Source: a virus
Lineage: Duplodnaviria > Caudoviricetes
Strand: one strand, 5' to 3'
Virus record (IMG/VR): IMGVR_UViG_3300033142_000289
Location: 1 to 56,148 of that record
DNA: 56,148 bases
Position numbers and translations under genes: made by a program
Notes under the pieces: model-generated
Databases searched by the model: none
Told to the model about the DNA's origin: nothing
The model's input: only the letters and a program-made list of their open reading frames with translations
Shown here: positions 36,001-46,159 of the stretch, piece by piece
Numbering within the stretch: position 1 is the stretch's first letter
Layout of the letters: every line of letters starts with the position of its first letter

Positions 36001-37849
36001 TTTTAAATTCAGATGCAGAACAGGGAACGTGCACGTTGTTATTTAAACTAACTTGTGCAGATGTCGCTCTATTGAACTCATCCATATAAACTATACCAAT
36101 CTCATACCCTCTATTACTATGTAAACTTGATGGGTCTCCTAACTCTTGATAGACTGCATCTACTAAGTTTATTTTATAGTATTCCCATACAGTTTGTGTA
36201 ATTGCTGCTCCTGTAGGGTCATCCACAAAAGACATAGCTAACAACTGTAATTTTATGCTAGTTGACCCCGGAGTTGTAATAATTTCTATAGGTTGACCTG
36301 TGGTACTTATTCCACTTTCATATTTAAATAATCCTGACAACTCATTTGAAATTGTACAATTAAATAAATCTGTTAATGTTAATCCACTACAAGCATTATC
36401 TACTGTTTGTATATTAGTTATAACACCTACCTTTTCTGCAAAGTCTACAGAACTAGCTAAGTCATAAACTGAAGAAAAATTTTGAGGTAATATATAAGTA
36501 AACTCTATACTTTGTTCTTGAGTTTCATCAGCAGGGAATGGTGCTTGTCCTGTCCAACTACTGTGTTCAAACCTTATTAATATATTTAATGTAGCACCTT
36601 GTATTAAGTCTAATCCATCTAAATCTACTTCAACAACACTATTCTGTATTGCTTGAGCACCATTAACACTATAGTTTCCTTGAACGGTTAAACCTTCTAA
36701 GTCAGTTCTACCTATTGATTCCTGAGATGTACTTACAGTATATTCAAACTTAGTTGGTACAGAATCTCTTTGTAAATCATATTGCTCATAATAATTCCCA
36801 TACATTAGCCTGTTACCCATCATTGTTTGAGCCTGTGCTAAATGCGGTACGTTATCATATAACCTTAAAATTTCTGAAGTAGGCAGAATTGTAAATATTT
36901 TACTGTTATTAAAATTAAAGTTGTATTCCGTATCATCTGCTAACCCTACCTGTTCTTTGTTTAGTGATTCAATAACTTTAATTACAGAACTATTCATATC
37001 CTTAAAAAGAATATCAACTTCTTTTACTAACGGACCACCTGAATTATATCTTATAGTAGCAGCGTTAGTGGTATTTAACATACCCGAATTTAATGCAGTA
37101 CTAATATCGTATCTAAATGCATTAGGTAAAAAACTTGGCTCTGAAAATTGTGACGTAGCGGAATACTCTCCGTCAGCATACTTATATCTATATGCAAAGC
37201 TTATAAACCTATCTTCCAAAAAATTATCTTGGCTTGACGTAGCAACAGGTGTAACTAATGGAGATGTAACAGGTGGTTTTTTAATAACCAACAATTCTTC
37301 TGCACTAAACCCATCAATTTGCCCAACAGGATTAGCATAGTTTTTATTTACATTTATCTGTCTTGGTGCGTTATAATTATCGGTCCAATACAATAAGTTC
37401 TCAATCTTATTTACTCCTGTGATTAAGTAATCTGAGTTAAAGTTTAATGTGGTTTTAGTCTGTGTGACATCTAGTGGGTCACCAATACTAATAACGTGAT
37501 ATCTTAAGAGTTGTGTTTCTGTATTAAAGGAAACAATTAAATCAACTATACTTGTTAATGTTCCCGGTCCTTCAAAGTTGGGGTCGTGAACAAACCAATA
37601 CATTGTTTCAAATGCACCATCTTCAAATGCACCTATACATTTAGCTGCACCGCTTAAATTAGCGTTTAAATATCTTAAGCTAGTTAGTTGGTTATTACCC
37701 TTGGAATTTTCTATAACACCTATCTCAGAGCCTTCAGTAGAACCCATACGAATGTTTAGTGCATCAACGTACTGCCCGTCAGGGACAAGACGTTCATCCA
37801 CCATCTTATTCATTTTTCCTTGAGTAAAATTTCTTGTCGTATTCGCCAT
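33011..37849 (-). CDS. tail nozzle / stabilization protein (P22 gp10- or crAss muzzle-like) with Cys-rich C-terminal extension
   Basis: GKMNKMVDERLVPDGQYVDALNIR, LLYWTDNYNAPRQIN, FAYRYKYADGEYS, GNRLMYGNY, FGISHNPESFA. Confidence 0.75.
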   Translation of the reverse strand: MANTTRNFTQGKMNKMVDERLVPDGQYVDALNIRMGSTEGSEIGVIENSKGNNQLTSLRYLNANLSGAAKCIGAFEDGAFETMYWFVHDPNFEGPGTLTSIVDLIVSFNTETQLLRYHVISIGDPLDVTQTKTTLNFNSDYLITGVNKIENLLYWTDNYNAPRQINVNKNYANPVGQIDGFSAEELLVIKKPPVTSPLVTPVATSSQDNFLEDRFISFAYRYKYADGEYSATSQFSEPSFLPNAFRYDISTALNSGMLNTTNAATIRYNSGGPLVKEVDILFKDMNSSVIKVIESLNKEQVGLADDTEYNFNFNNSKIFTILPTSEILRLYDNVPHLAQAQTMMGNRLMYGNYYEQYDLQRDSVPTKFEYTVSTSQESIGRTDLEGLTVQGNYSVNGAQAIQNSVVEVDLDGLDLIQGATLNILIRFEHSSWTGQAPFPADETQEQSIEFTYILPQNFSSVYDLASSVDFAEKVGVITNIQTVDNACSGLTLTDLFNCTISNELSGLFKYESGISTTGQPIEIITTPGSTSIKLQLLAMSFVDDPTGAAITQTVWEYYKINLVDAVYQELGDPSSLHSNRGYEIGIVYMDEFNRATSAQVSLNNNVHVPCSASEFKNTINVNIPTSQLAPSWATRYKFVIKPDKEIYNTIYSQFFFRDPASGADYFLLEGQNSQKIELGDELIVKKDTQGPRDNCTYTTVLEKDAKTKDFLDPKPVDINGEDIPVPAGTYMKLRANNFSTEVGDLPVVAYGEKNNNGSGCRSVNYPVDTEDPSNPGQYIDYSLPAGTKVSMKLRGYRRGNEDKLFGNVPKKIWQVDTIFTASQEYSNFKSWFEGDNIAGALSGLATDEGTGVDGPNYSNNYQSASNRPCSVGNVYTNFYQSGGRTYFVFKAMKGYGGSNKNSRARVDIEVIRASGLTVFETLPQDASPDLWYESSKSYPINTSTGEHLGNVQDQDIATNTPALIKTAFFNCYSFGNGVESWKIQDSIIGKELVLGNRAFTTTAQDYKEEHRFADITYSGVYNAESNINKLNEFNAGLLNFKALEQSFGPVQKLFARETDILTLQEDKISYVLSGKNLLSDAGGGNALTSVPEVLGTQIARIEDFGISHNPESFAIWGPDKYFTDGKRGVVIQLTGSSAQNERLKVISADGMRPWFRDLFNDSLFTQKLGGYDTYMNEYVLAANCTPIPQEIECTECGITQQIILQNQKEVFEYCVDVGETIGQVDIDYSVNNLTGTFKIDAEYGLQNVTTGNVTTGGTLSFNKNLILNQEANITLQTTGYAIITLTVKCPQADIITIRLVHLNSSADTGLSIHDEYRWVDGVFISPLQSEEVTMVNGTYPIVSLFQDITGPQGGGVIPTDGSIVSMFSNSIGSDDYVFNPNQDDFKYLRTDTVYNNNSADIIALLSASSQATPINPPANGNTAYYADFTMPNTGQYLYLIWDFRTSTALDLCYGTSPTEACCSCEGSGPGSTVWGLSDCVTGDLVIIEDPNNLYSVNDVVQYQTTTGGTIKCGEILAPSVLTPTGTLYGTGVSYVCGDTLHCNIPDPSGAGCTSYTLSTSSPQAQSFSYTACDGTAAGGAIGGVGGYDQETICAQTGTVDPGLNSIGTNGSC

Positions 37850-37850
37850 A

Positions 37851-38774
37851 TTACTTTATCCACTTATCTCTACCCCTTAGATTTTGCAATAGTCTTCCGG
37901 GATGTATATTACTTATTCTGATTTTTGCGTTTCTAAGCAATGCTGATTTACGCTTTCTCAGTCTAGCTACAATGTATTCTTGTACCCCCACCTTGGAGCC
38001 TAGTATTGCAAATTCAATTGCTGCATAGATGAAATCTTCAAACAGTTTGTTTACAGTAACTAAACTATCATTACCGTTTTCCATACCGTCTGACACATAC
38101 TCTAAAACACAAAGTTCATTTGCCATACCTGAACTAAAATTAATAACACCACCTTTAGGATTAATCTTAAAAGTAGGATTAGCGTTGGCAGTCTCTGTAT
38201 TTAACCCGTAGTGAGCACCAATACCATATTCAAAAAACCATTGCCCGTCACAACAATAACCTTCCTTTCCATTATATGGAGAGTTTTGATTTAAATAGAT
38301 AGACCTTTTACCACCTTTTATTCTCTGATAATCTATAGTAGAGTCTTGAGGACTTAGTGCGTTACCGTCTATGTCAAATAGTATACGGCAATCACTATCT
38401 TGTAAGTATGCGTTTGCCCAATTAGTTTGAATGTTTTCACTTAATGGATAAAGTATACCATCTTTATACATAGATATTCTAACCCAATTTACATAGTCAG
38501 ATGGTAACACATATCTCAATGTGTCACAAACACTAAGTTCTAGTATTTTAATTTCTTTAAAGGCATCGTAGTTTAATTCTTGTATTGCTCTCTTTGCGTG
38601 AAATAATACCTTATATCTTTCTTCGTTATTTACAAGGCTATGATTCCCTGTATACATTAACATAAAATTATTAACTATATCTTCTAAAGAAACATATTGA
38701 TATGAACCCCAATTAGAGTCTTCAGGAGAAATCCCTCCGTTTTCGTAGTACTGATATTGTGATATATATGCCAT
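37851..38774 (-). CDS. tail ring / tubular protein
   Basis: LPSDYVNWVRIS, LEYVSDG; position before the nozzle gene. Confidence 0.65.
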   Translation of the reverse strand: MAYISQYQYYENGGISPEDSNWGSYQYVSLEDIVNNFMLMYTGNHSLVNNEERYKVLFHAKRAIQELNYDAFKEIKILELSVCDTLRYVLPSDYVNWVRISMYKDGILYPLSENIQTNWANAYLQDSDCRILFDIDGNALSPQDSTIDYQRIKGGKRSIYLNQNSPYNGKEGYCCDGQWFFEYGIGAHYGLNTETANANPTFKINPKGGVINFSSGMANELCVLEYVSDGMENGNDSLVTVNKLFEDFIYAAIEFAILGSKVGVQEYIVARLRKRKSALLRNAKIRISNIHPGRLLQNLRGRDKWIK

Positions 38775-38776
38775 AA

Positions 38777-39745
38777 TTATTTTTCTTGTTGTTCACTTTG
38801 TGCTTCTTCGCTTCCCGCAAACTGTACGGCTGCTATCTCTCTAATACTCATTCCTGCATATTGAAGTATTTTCATAACTAAGTTTACTTCATCATCATTC
38901 GGTAGTTCAAAGTCTTGATAATCAACTGCAGTTTCATCAAACGCAGGTTCTCCATTAGTTAAACTAACGTATGTCCAATTTGGTGGATACGGAAATCTAA
39001 TATATTGAGAAACCAACTGTCCCACACCGTCAACAGTGTTTGGGTGTATTTGTACCGTCAAACCGTTTTGTATGTACACAGGGTATGTAAGGTTAGGTCT
39101 AGTTAGCAAAGAGTTATTAAGCATTGTTATTTTACTATGCGTAACTTTCTCTGCCTCCTTAACATCGTTAACAGAATATATGTTATATGTTTTTCCTATT
39201 GCATTCCAAACAATTGCGTTAGGTGTAGTTGATACAATTAAATCTGTAGAACTAACTACATTAACTATTGTGGTATTATATGTAATACCGTTTGTTACGG
39301 TAGAAACTATATCTCCAACTTGAACCCCTGCAGAAATAAAATCAGCAGTTGTGTCTTGAACCAACACACCACCACCGTTTGTAGCGGTTGTTGTTCCTTC
39401 AGCTAACTCATTATTGTATACAAGATTTTTATTTATTAAATAATAATCATTACTTGTAGTAATTAATGAGGGTAAAAAATAGTTATTACCACCTGAATTT
39501 AATAATGGAAGTGTAACAGAAAAAGTATCAATAACTTCTTCTAAACCTTTTGTAATATCCGCATATCCCGTTCCCGACTGTCTTGCATTTTCTTTTTGCA
39601 ATTGGTAGTTGTATGAATAAAAATATGTTTCAAATATATCTAACTGTGCCTGTCTAGCATATAAGTTAAAATCTGACGGAGATATGTATCCGTAATTATT
39701 TTTATTCAGGATGGACATTACTGTTTGCCTTACTGAATTTATCAT
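38777..39745 (-). CDS. head-tail connector / ring protein
   Basis: Start at ATG 39745 (MINSVRQTV..LNKNNYGYISPSDFN) after the -7 element at 39762-39769; YIRFP.PPNW.Y. Confidence 0.65.
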   Translation of the reverse strand: MINSVRQTVMSILNKNNYGYISPSDFNLYARQAQLDIFETYFYSYNYQLQKENARQSGTGYADITKGLEEVIDTFSVTLPLLNSGGNNYFLPSLITTSNDYYLINKNLVYNNELAEGTTTATNGGGVLVQDTTADFISAGVQVGDIVSTVTNGITYNTTIVNVVSSTDLIVSTTPNAIVWNAIGKTYNIYSVNDVKEAEKVTHSKITMLNNSLLTRPNLTYPVYIQNGLTVQIHPNTVDGVGQLVSQYIRFPYPPNWTYVSLTNGEPAFDETAVDYQDFELPNDDEVNLVMKILQYAGMSIREIAAVQFAGSEEAQSEQQEK

Positions 39746-39772
39746 CTCTAATTCTTTTGTACAAAGATAACT

Positions 39773-39806
39773 AAAAAAAAAAGACCCCTTCAAAAATGAA
39801 GAGGTC
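39773..39806 (-). terminator. intrinsic terminator
   Basis: Minus strand GACCTCTTCA-TTTT-TGAAGGGGTC followed by T10. Confidence 0.8.
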
Positions 39807-39841
39807 CCTAAGTTAATCCCGTGGGTTAGTTTAAATTAAGC

Positions 39842-40156
39842 TTAAACCTGAACTTCTTTGCACGGTACGCATTCTAGTTTAATAGTTTCAACTCCAATAC
39901 CTAAGTAAGGTCCATCAAAAACTACCTCAGCAATTGGTTTCATCCAATTAGTAGTAGCAGCTATAAAGAGAGCGTCTTGAACTACTTTAAGAAAACCGTC
40001 TTCTAGGTTTTCACCCTTTACTACTAAGTAACTATTGTTAGCATTCTTTAAGTAAATGTGAGCAACCTCCGCACTGAGTACTTCAATAAAAAGGACACTG
40101 TCAGCAGCTACCTGTTGTTTACCTTGCTTGGTTTCGAATTCTAAATACTTTAACAT
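39842..40156 (-). CDS. hypothetical protein with its own promoter
   Basis: 104 aa; minus-strand TATATTTG at 40216-40223. Confidence 0.7.
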   Translation of the reverse strand: MLKYLEFETKQGKQQVAADSVLFIEVLSAEVAHIYLKNANNSYLVVKGENLEDGFLKVVQDALFIAATTNWMKPIAEVVFDGPYLGIGVETIKLECVPCKEVQV

Positions 40157-40233
40157 AATATATTATTTAAGATTAGTAAAAAAACCTACACCTACTTGGT
40201 GTAAGCACTATCCTGCAAATATACAACATTTAT

Positions 40234-40986
40234 TTATAGAGATTCTAAGTGCTTTAAAACATCAATGCCTTCGTCAGATTGAAGGTATGATACAACTAAA
40301 TCCAATCCATCAGCACCAAATGGTACGTTTAGCATTTTGGTTTTGTTTGTAGGTGTATTAAACCACACTTCCTTTTTGCTTTTTCTATAAGCCAAATGTC
40401 CTTTATCAAAGAACGATTGTACTGTACCCATTATTTTTAATTCAGGGTCACTACAAATATCTAAAAAGTCTTGAGGATTGTTTTTAGCAAAAACCAAAAC
40501 ATCTCTTTTCATTTCAGAAGAAGTTAGTTTATCTACATTAGTATTAAATAAAACCCTACACACATTCTCTAGTTGTTCAAGAGATAATTTTTTTGCTTCT
40601 GTTAAAGCATCAGCCTCAACCATAAGTTGGTCTACAATATCTGCTGCATCTTTAGCTTTGTCAACCTCAACAAACTTTGTTCCGTTTAATGGGTGATAAT
40701 GTAAAAATTGTTGGAGTACTTGGTTTTCTTTTTTAACAAACAAAAATCCATCTTCAAATATTACAGGCTCTAATATTGCATTACCATCTTGCTCATCTAC
40801 AAATGGTGATTTTTGATTTCTTGCGTAACGAAGTTCTCTGTTAATTCCTTCGTTCTCATCAAAATGTAATAGTGGGAATCTTCTTGAATGTCTTGTTGGT
40901 AGCATAAAAGAAAGAGGTGCTACATCTCTTGTAAGTTTATATTGCTTATCTGCAAATACAACTTTTGTTGTTGTCTTTTTTTTCAT
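40234..40986 (-). CDS. conserved protein downstream of the major capsid gene (crAss-like synteny)
   Basis: 250 aa; assigned by position. Confidence 0.65.
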   Translation of the reverse strand: MKKKTTTKVVFADKQYKLTRDVAPLSFMLPTRHSRRFPLLHFDENEGINRELRYARNQKSPFVDEQDGNAILEPVIFEDGFLFVKKENQVLQQFLHYHPLNGTKFVEVDKAKDAADIVDQLMVEADALTEAKKLSLEQLENVCRVLFNTNVDKLTSSEMKRDVLVFAKNNPQDFLDICSDPELKIMGTVQSFFDKGHLAYRKSKKEVWFNTPTNKTKMLNVPFGADGLDLVVSYLQSDEGIDVLKHLESL

Positions 40987-41023
40987 TATAGTAAAATTAA
41001 ATTAAAGTTTATAAAAGTAATAA

Positions 41024-41050
41024 TTACCCCCGTCACAACAACGGGGGTAA
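41024..41050 (-). terminator. stem-loop terminator after the major capsid gene
   Basis: TTACCCCCGT-N7-ACGGGGGTAA, then a T-rich tract on the minus strand. Confidence 0.7.
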
Positions 41051-41069
41051 AAATTACATATTTTCATTC

Positions 41070-42509
41070 TTACTCTTGGAATAAGAAGAAGTTGTTTGCA
41101 CCTAAAGTACATACTGCTCTTTCAGATAAGAAGTGAACCTCCATAGCATCTAGGCTAGAAGTTTCTGCTCCACCTGCAGAACCTGTAATCCAAGTCTTGT
41201 AACGTCTGTCTTCAGTTTCAGAAGCTCTATATCTAACGTGCAAGAATGGTCTCTTAGCGTTCTTACCAAGAATTTGGTCATATACTGAAGTAGAACCTGC
41301 AGGAACTAAAAGTCCATTAACTCTACCTGACCCTGCACCTGTAGGTAATCCACCTCTCATTGTTGGGTCATTCAAATATTTCCAATCAGACTTATAGAAG
41401 TCATAACCTCTTCTAAATCCTGTGAATCCTAGGTTAAGTGCCATTTCTTTCTCATTGTCAAAAAGACCATAAGATACACCACCTGCTGCATTAGAAGACT
41501 GCTGAGAAAGCATATCGTCAATGTCGAAAGAGAAATCTCTATCTACAAATACAACATTTTCCTCAATAGCACCTTGCTTGTCAAGTCTAGAAATGATGTT
41601 ATCCCAATCAGCTAAAAGTGCCGGGTTTCCACCACCCCAAATGTTTCCTCTATTTTCTACTGCATAGAAGATACCATCTGAACCTTTGTTACCTACCATC
41701 TCAGCACCTGCTACTGCTTGAGTAGCTGCACCTGAAGTTGCACCCGCAGGTACTGCTTCAATCATTGCAGTCTCAAGATAATCGTCAAAACGTAATCTTG
41801 TTTCGTGCTCAGACTTCATATACCATAGGTATCCATTTGCTCCATTTTCTGTAGTTACTTCAACCCATCCAATTTGAGCCATATCAGAACCTGATACTGC
41901 ATATTTGTCTTTGATGATAATTGGAGAGTTCTCGAAGATGAAGTCATCAGCTTCTAAAGAATCTTCCATTCCAACTGTTCCTTTTTTGAATTCAGAACCA
42001 TAGATAAAGATTGTGAACTCTTTACCGGCTCCTGCTACAGGAATACCATTGTTGTCATAAAATGCAACGCTTACTGTTTTAGTAGCGTAGTCAACTTTAG
42101 TTACTACCGCTTTAGCTGAACCACCACCTGCATTATCAGAGATATATACAGTCTGTCCTTTTCTAATTGCGATACTATTACTTGCACCAAAAGCAGGGTT
42201 ACCTGCATCACCGATAACGAAGTCAGCTTCGTCTGCGTTGATTAATGCAGCAGTTGTACACTTTACATATTTAGTATGCAATCTACCTTGTTCTGCCCAT
42301 TTGATAAGGTCAGAGTTAGATGGCATTTCTGCACCTACCATTCTTAGGAAAGATGCGATTGTTCTATTACCATATCTTTCGAATTCTTTCTCATATGTAT
42401 CAGGAAGATACTGATTCAAGAAATCAAAATTAGTAATGTAGTTTGACTTTAAAGGCACTCTTTGTGCACTTGGTTGTAAGTCAAAACCGGGTACGTTTAA
42501 TACACTCAT
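41070..42509 (-). CDS. major capsid protein
   Basis: 479 aa after portal and scaffold, followed by a terminator; KWAEQGRLH, GSEFKKG, HFLSERAVC patterns. Confidence 0.8.
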   Translation of the reverse strand: MSVLNVPGFDLQPSAQRVPLKSNYITNFDFLNQYLPDTYEKEFERYGNRTIASFLRMVGAEMPSNSDLIKWAEQGRLHTKYVKCTTAALINADEADFVIGDAGNPAFGASNSIAIRKGQTVYISDNAGGGSAKAVVTKVDYATKTVSVAFYDNNGIPVAGAGKEFTIFIYGSEFKKGTVGMEDSLEADDFIFENSPIIIKDKYAVSGSDMAQIGWVEVTTENGANGYLWYMKSEHETRLRFDDYLETAMIEAVPAGATSGAATQAVAGAEMVGNKGSDGIFYAVENRGNIWGGGNPALLADWDNIISRLDKQGAIEENVVFVDRDFSFDIDDMLSQQSSNAAGGVSYGLFDNEKEMALNLGFTGFRRGYDFYKSDWKYLNDPTMRGGLPTGAGSGRVNGLLVPAGSTSVYDQILGKNAKRPFLHVRYRASETEDRRYKTWITGSAGGAETSSLDAMEVHFLSERAVCTLGANNFFLFQE

Positions 42510-42533
42510 TTTTTAATTTTTTAGTTTAACAAT

Positions 42534-43664
42534 TTACTTTTTTTTACTTCTAATCTTTAAACCCCTACCGTGGTCGGTGCTTACAGATTTAATTTGCATA
42601 CCTGATTTAGTGCTTCCTACTTCCGGAGCAGAACGAGTAGTCATATTTATATTTTTTAACTTCTTCATTTGCTCATCTGCTGCTGCAGACTTGCCTTGCT
42701 CATAAAAGAATTTAGCAAACTTTTCAGGATGCATTGCCATTGCTAGTGACCTATGGTAACCTTCAGCGTTTTTAAGAGAACCATCTTCTTCCTGATACTG
42801 TTGAATAAACGTACTAGGATTAGAATGAACTTTTAATAACTCATCTGAATCACCGGGTGAAAAGTAAACTTTGTTATCGTCTAACGTAAACTCAAAACCT
42901 TTGAACTCACTGAATACATTGTTTGTTTTTTCTAGATAAACTTCCCTCGCTCTTGAGTTCCGTTCCTCTACTGTCTTCGCTTCAGCTATATATTGTTTAT
43001 ATGCCTTGTATTCTTCTGTTTCAACTTCAGGACTTGAATCCCTTCTCGACTCGAGAGGAACTTTATATAACTCCTGTTGTTTTGCAAAATAATCTTTGGC
43101 TTTCGCAATAGTCTTTTTCTTTGCTAATTTTATTTTTCTAATTTGCTTTTCATCATCAATGTCTTCATCGTATTGATAATCTTCCATAAGGTCCGTAATG
43201 TCTTCAGCATCTAGACCTTTTTCAGTTGCACTTAGATATTCTCTTAGCAATCTATCAGGTTCCATTTCATCATAATTCTTTTGCATTTTAGCAAAGTCAT
43301 CGAATCCACGACCTGTTTCTTTTTTATACTTAAGATACTTAGCCACATCTTCAGGTAGAGGTTCTTCCTCCCTCTGTTGATTTAACTCGTCAAGAGATTT
43401 AATCTCTTTACCGTATCTGTTCCCAATAAATTTAAGAACTTCTTCCTCGTTTAACTCTGAGGATTGAGGTTTAATTTCTTCTTGTTGAACTTGTTTCTCT
43501 TCAGATACAGGTTCCGGTTTGGTTTCAGTTGTTGCTTCAACTTTAGTTTCTTCAGGAGTAACACCCGAATCTAAACTTTCTTGATGTTTCTCTAACAATT
43601 CCTGCTCAACTTGTTGAACAGACTTCTCTTCAGCCGCTCCAACTTCTTTTACTTTTATTTCCAT
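42534..43664 (-). CDS. putative capsid scaffolding protein
   Basis: Very acidic and helical; lies between portal and MCP; -7 element at 43688-43695. Confidence 0.7.
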   Translation of the reverse strand: MEIKVKEVGAAEEKSVQQVEQELLEKHQESLDSGVTPEETKVEATTETKPEPVSEEKQVQQEEIKPQSSELNEEEVLKFIGNRYGKEIKSLDELNQQREEEPLPEDVAKYLKYKKETGRGFDDFAKMQKNYDEMEPDRLLREYLSATEKGLDAEDITDLMEDYQYDEDIDDEKQIRKIKLAKKKTIAKAKDYFAKQQELYKVPLESRRDSSPEVETEEYKAYKQYIAEAKTVEERNSRAREVYLEKTNNVFSEFKGFEFTLDDNKVYFSPGDSDELLKVHSNPSTFIQQYQEEDGSLKNAEGYHRSLAMAMHPEKFAKFFYEQGKSAAADEQMKKLKNINMTTRSAPEVGSTKSGMQIKSVSTDHGRGLKIRSKKK

Positions 43665-43723
43665 ATTTAATTACATTTAATTTTATACAAAGTTACACAA
43701 AAAATAATACAGTTTTAGACGAT

Positions 43724-46159
43724 TTATCTAGGGTTAAATTCTGCTAAATCAAAACCATCTAAACTATCCTCGTTTGATTCGAAGTTCATTGGAGGTAAAT
43801 TATTTTTTCTTTGGTTAATAAGCTTAGACTGTTCCGAGTTTGCTTGAGATATACGTTCAGACTTTGCTTTTTCTCTTTGCTCTTCTCTTCCTTGTAAAGA
43901 TTGAGCATCCACCATTCTTAACTGCATATTTAATTGAAACTCTTCTTGCATTAACTGTGATTTCAACATAGCCTCTTGCTTCATTTTTTCTATTTCAAAA
44001 GCAATATCACCCTGTCTAAACTGAAGTTTAGCTTGAGTTTCCATTTGTAGTTTCTGCTGATTAGCCTGTACAGTCATTTCCTGTTGCTTAATCATTTGTT
44101 GAGATTTCATAGCCTGTTGTTGCATAGCCATTTTTTCCTCTCTCTCTTGCTTAGATATTCGCTTCATTTTTAAAAGCTGATTAGCAAGTTTCATATTTTT
44201 TATCTCACGAATATCAATTGCATCCTCAAGGTTAATATCACCTTTTGATAAAGCCATTTGAATATTCTGTTCTAATTGTGCCTTTTGTTCTTCATCAGGA
44301 GATAACTCTATAAATATTCCAAAGTCATAAATATATAAATCAGATATATCTCCAAGTATAGAAACATTGTATTTACCTATTTGATTTATAAACTCCTCTT
44401 TAAAGTCAGCGTATTCCAAAATATCAGCAACTCTATATGTAATAGCTTCAGCTAAACTTTTGTAGATATATAGACTTCCTTGTAGTATATGTCTAGTTGC
44501 TACATTAGAATTTAATGCTGCCATTTTCTGTAATCCTACTAAAGAGTTTGAATCAGGCATACTAGCATCTCTCGCCTCATTAAGACCTGTAACAGTTCTA
44601 ATTTGGTTTAAGTAATGATTATAATTAGTTATAAGCATTTGAGTTTTAGAAGCACCTGAACTAGATTGTAATTCTTTAATAGGTACTTTTGCTTGGTTGT
44701 AATCACCATCTTGAGTATAACTTCTACCGATAACACTACCTGTTTGAAAGTATAATCTTAAAGCATCCTCGGGATTATAGGCATTACCTGTTCCTAAGTC
44801 TACCTCACCTAATCCATCAGCATCAATAAACACACCATCAGGCACAACTCTAGATATTACTTGTTGTAATTTTAAATGAGTTACTTGAATTAAATCTGCA
44901 AAAGGAATCATTCTTCTAACTAAAGATTCAATATTTCCTTTATACATTCTTGGTGCGTTAGCTACATAATTTGGGATAGCGTGTTGGGTAGCAGACTGTG
45001 GTCTAACCATATTCTCCATCATTCTCCATTGTAAAAGAATGTTCGTACCCATAACCATTACTCCTTCATACCATACATCAATAGTCTTTGACTCTTTTGT
45101 GAAGTTACCTTCATCCATCATTTCAGAAGGAGGATTAAAATTATCATCCTTCTCTATCATACTTACATTACCATTGTCTTTTACTTTTCTTTTATAAACA
45201 ACTTTCTTAGTTGTCTTATAATTAAAGTACATAACTGTGGCAGTGTCTTTATAGAATATATCGTTTTGGTAAGCTTGAGCGTTGTTATAGTAGTCATACC
45301 AACTTTGTGAGTACTGAGATATTTCATCTAAGTCTTCGTTTGTTAAAGTTGGGTCAATCTTTTTAAGTTCTATAATTGGAAGAGTTTTAATCTCACCCCA
45401 ATAAAAACAATCTTTAAAATATGGGTCTTCTGTATAACTATAAACAATATTGGCAGGGTCTACATAGCTTAACTTTACACCTGCTCCGGGTAGGAACTCG
45501 TGCTTTGCTACTGCTAGTCCTAGAACTGTCATATCATAGTCTAACCTTTTTCTAATATCATCATACTTATTAGCCTCAAACAAAGTACTAATAGCTTCTT
45601 CTTCAGCTATTTCAATTGCAGGTTTGTAGTTTAACTGCATATATAGCTTTAATTCTTCATCAGAATTTGGTAGTTCTTCAGGCTCTACAGTGAAAGGGTT
45701 TACACCTGTTTTCTTTTGTATAGTTTCAAGCATAGGTTTAGCGACCATTTGTCCCTCAACCATTTGTTGGTACTTGCTTCTTTTAGATTGTGATAATGCA
45801 TCTTGAGCAAAAGCTTTAGGTACAAATTCTCTGCCCTGCATTCCATTCACAACGATATCTACAAACTTAGGCAATACCGGCACAGGTGTCCAATCTAAAT
45901 TTAGATAAGACAAATCACCATCTATTGCTAATTCGTTTTTGTATTTAGCTACTGACTGTTCTCCTCTTGCGTATAATCTTAGTCTATGGAAGTCTCTCCA
46001 TTGATTATAATATCTACAACTATTTCCGTCTCTTTTAAACCATTCATACTGAATAGCTTGTCCTATTTGTAATCCGAATTCATCAGTAGCTTTTTCTGAA
46101 TCTGAAACAAATTGACTAGGAAATCCTGTAGATGATATGTTAATGTCTACTTTCTTCAT
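43724..46159 (-). CDS. portal protein
   Basis: 811 aa after TerL; NLDWTPVPVLPKFVDIVVNG, VTGLNEARD; long Q/M-rich C-terminal coiled-coil barrel. Confidence 0.85.
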   Translation of the reverse strand: MKKVDINISSTGFPSQFVSDSEKATDEFGLQIGQAIQYEWFKRDGNSCRYYNQWRDFHRLRLYARGEQSVAKYKNELAIDGDLSYLNLDWTPVPVLPKFVDIVVNGMQGREFVPKAFAQDALSQSKRSKYQQMVEGQMVAKPMLETIQKKTGVNPFTVEPEELPNSDEELKLYMQLNYKPAIEIAEEEAISTLFEANKYDDIRKRLDYDMTVLGLAVAKHEFLPGAGVKLSYVDPANIVYSYTEDPYFKDCFYWGEIKTLPIIELKKIDPTLTNEDLDEISQYSQSWYDYYNNAQAYQNDIFYKDTATVMYFNYKTTKKVVYKRKVKDNGNVSMIEKDDNFNPPSEMMDEGNFTKESKTIDVWYEGVMVMGTNILLQWRMMENMVRPQSATQHAIPNYVANAPRMYKGNIESLVRRMIPFADLIQVTHLKLQQVISRVVPDGVFIDADGLGEVDLGTGNAYNPEDALRLYFQTGSVIGRSYTQDGDYNQAKVPIKELQSSSGASKTQMLITNYNHYLNQIRTVTGLNEARDASMPDSNSLVGLQKMAALNSNVATRHILQGSLYIYKSLAEAITYRVADILEYADFKEEFINQIGKYNVSILGDISDLYIYDFGIFIELSPDEEQKAQLEQNIQMALSKGDINLEDAIDIREIKNMKLANQLLKMKRISKQEREEKMAMQQQAMKSQQMIKQQEMTVQANQQKLQMETQAKLQFRQGDIAFEIEKMKQEAMLKSQLMQEEFQLNMQLRMVDAQSLQGREEQREKAKSERISQANSEQSKLINQRKNNLPPMNFESNEDSLDGFDLAEFNPR

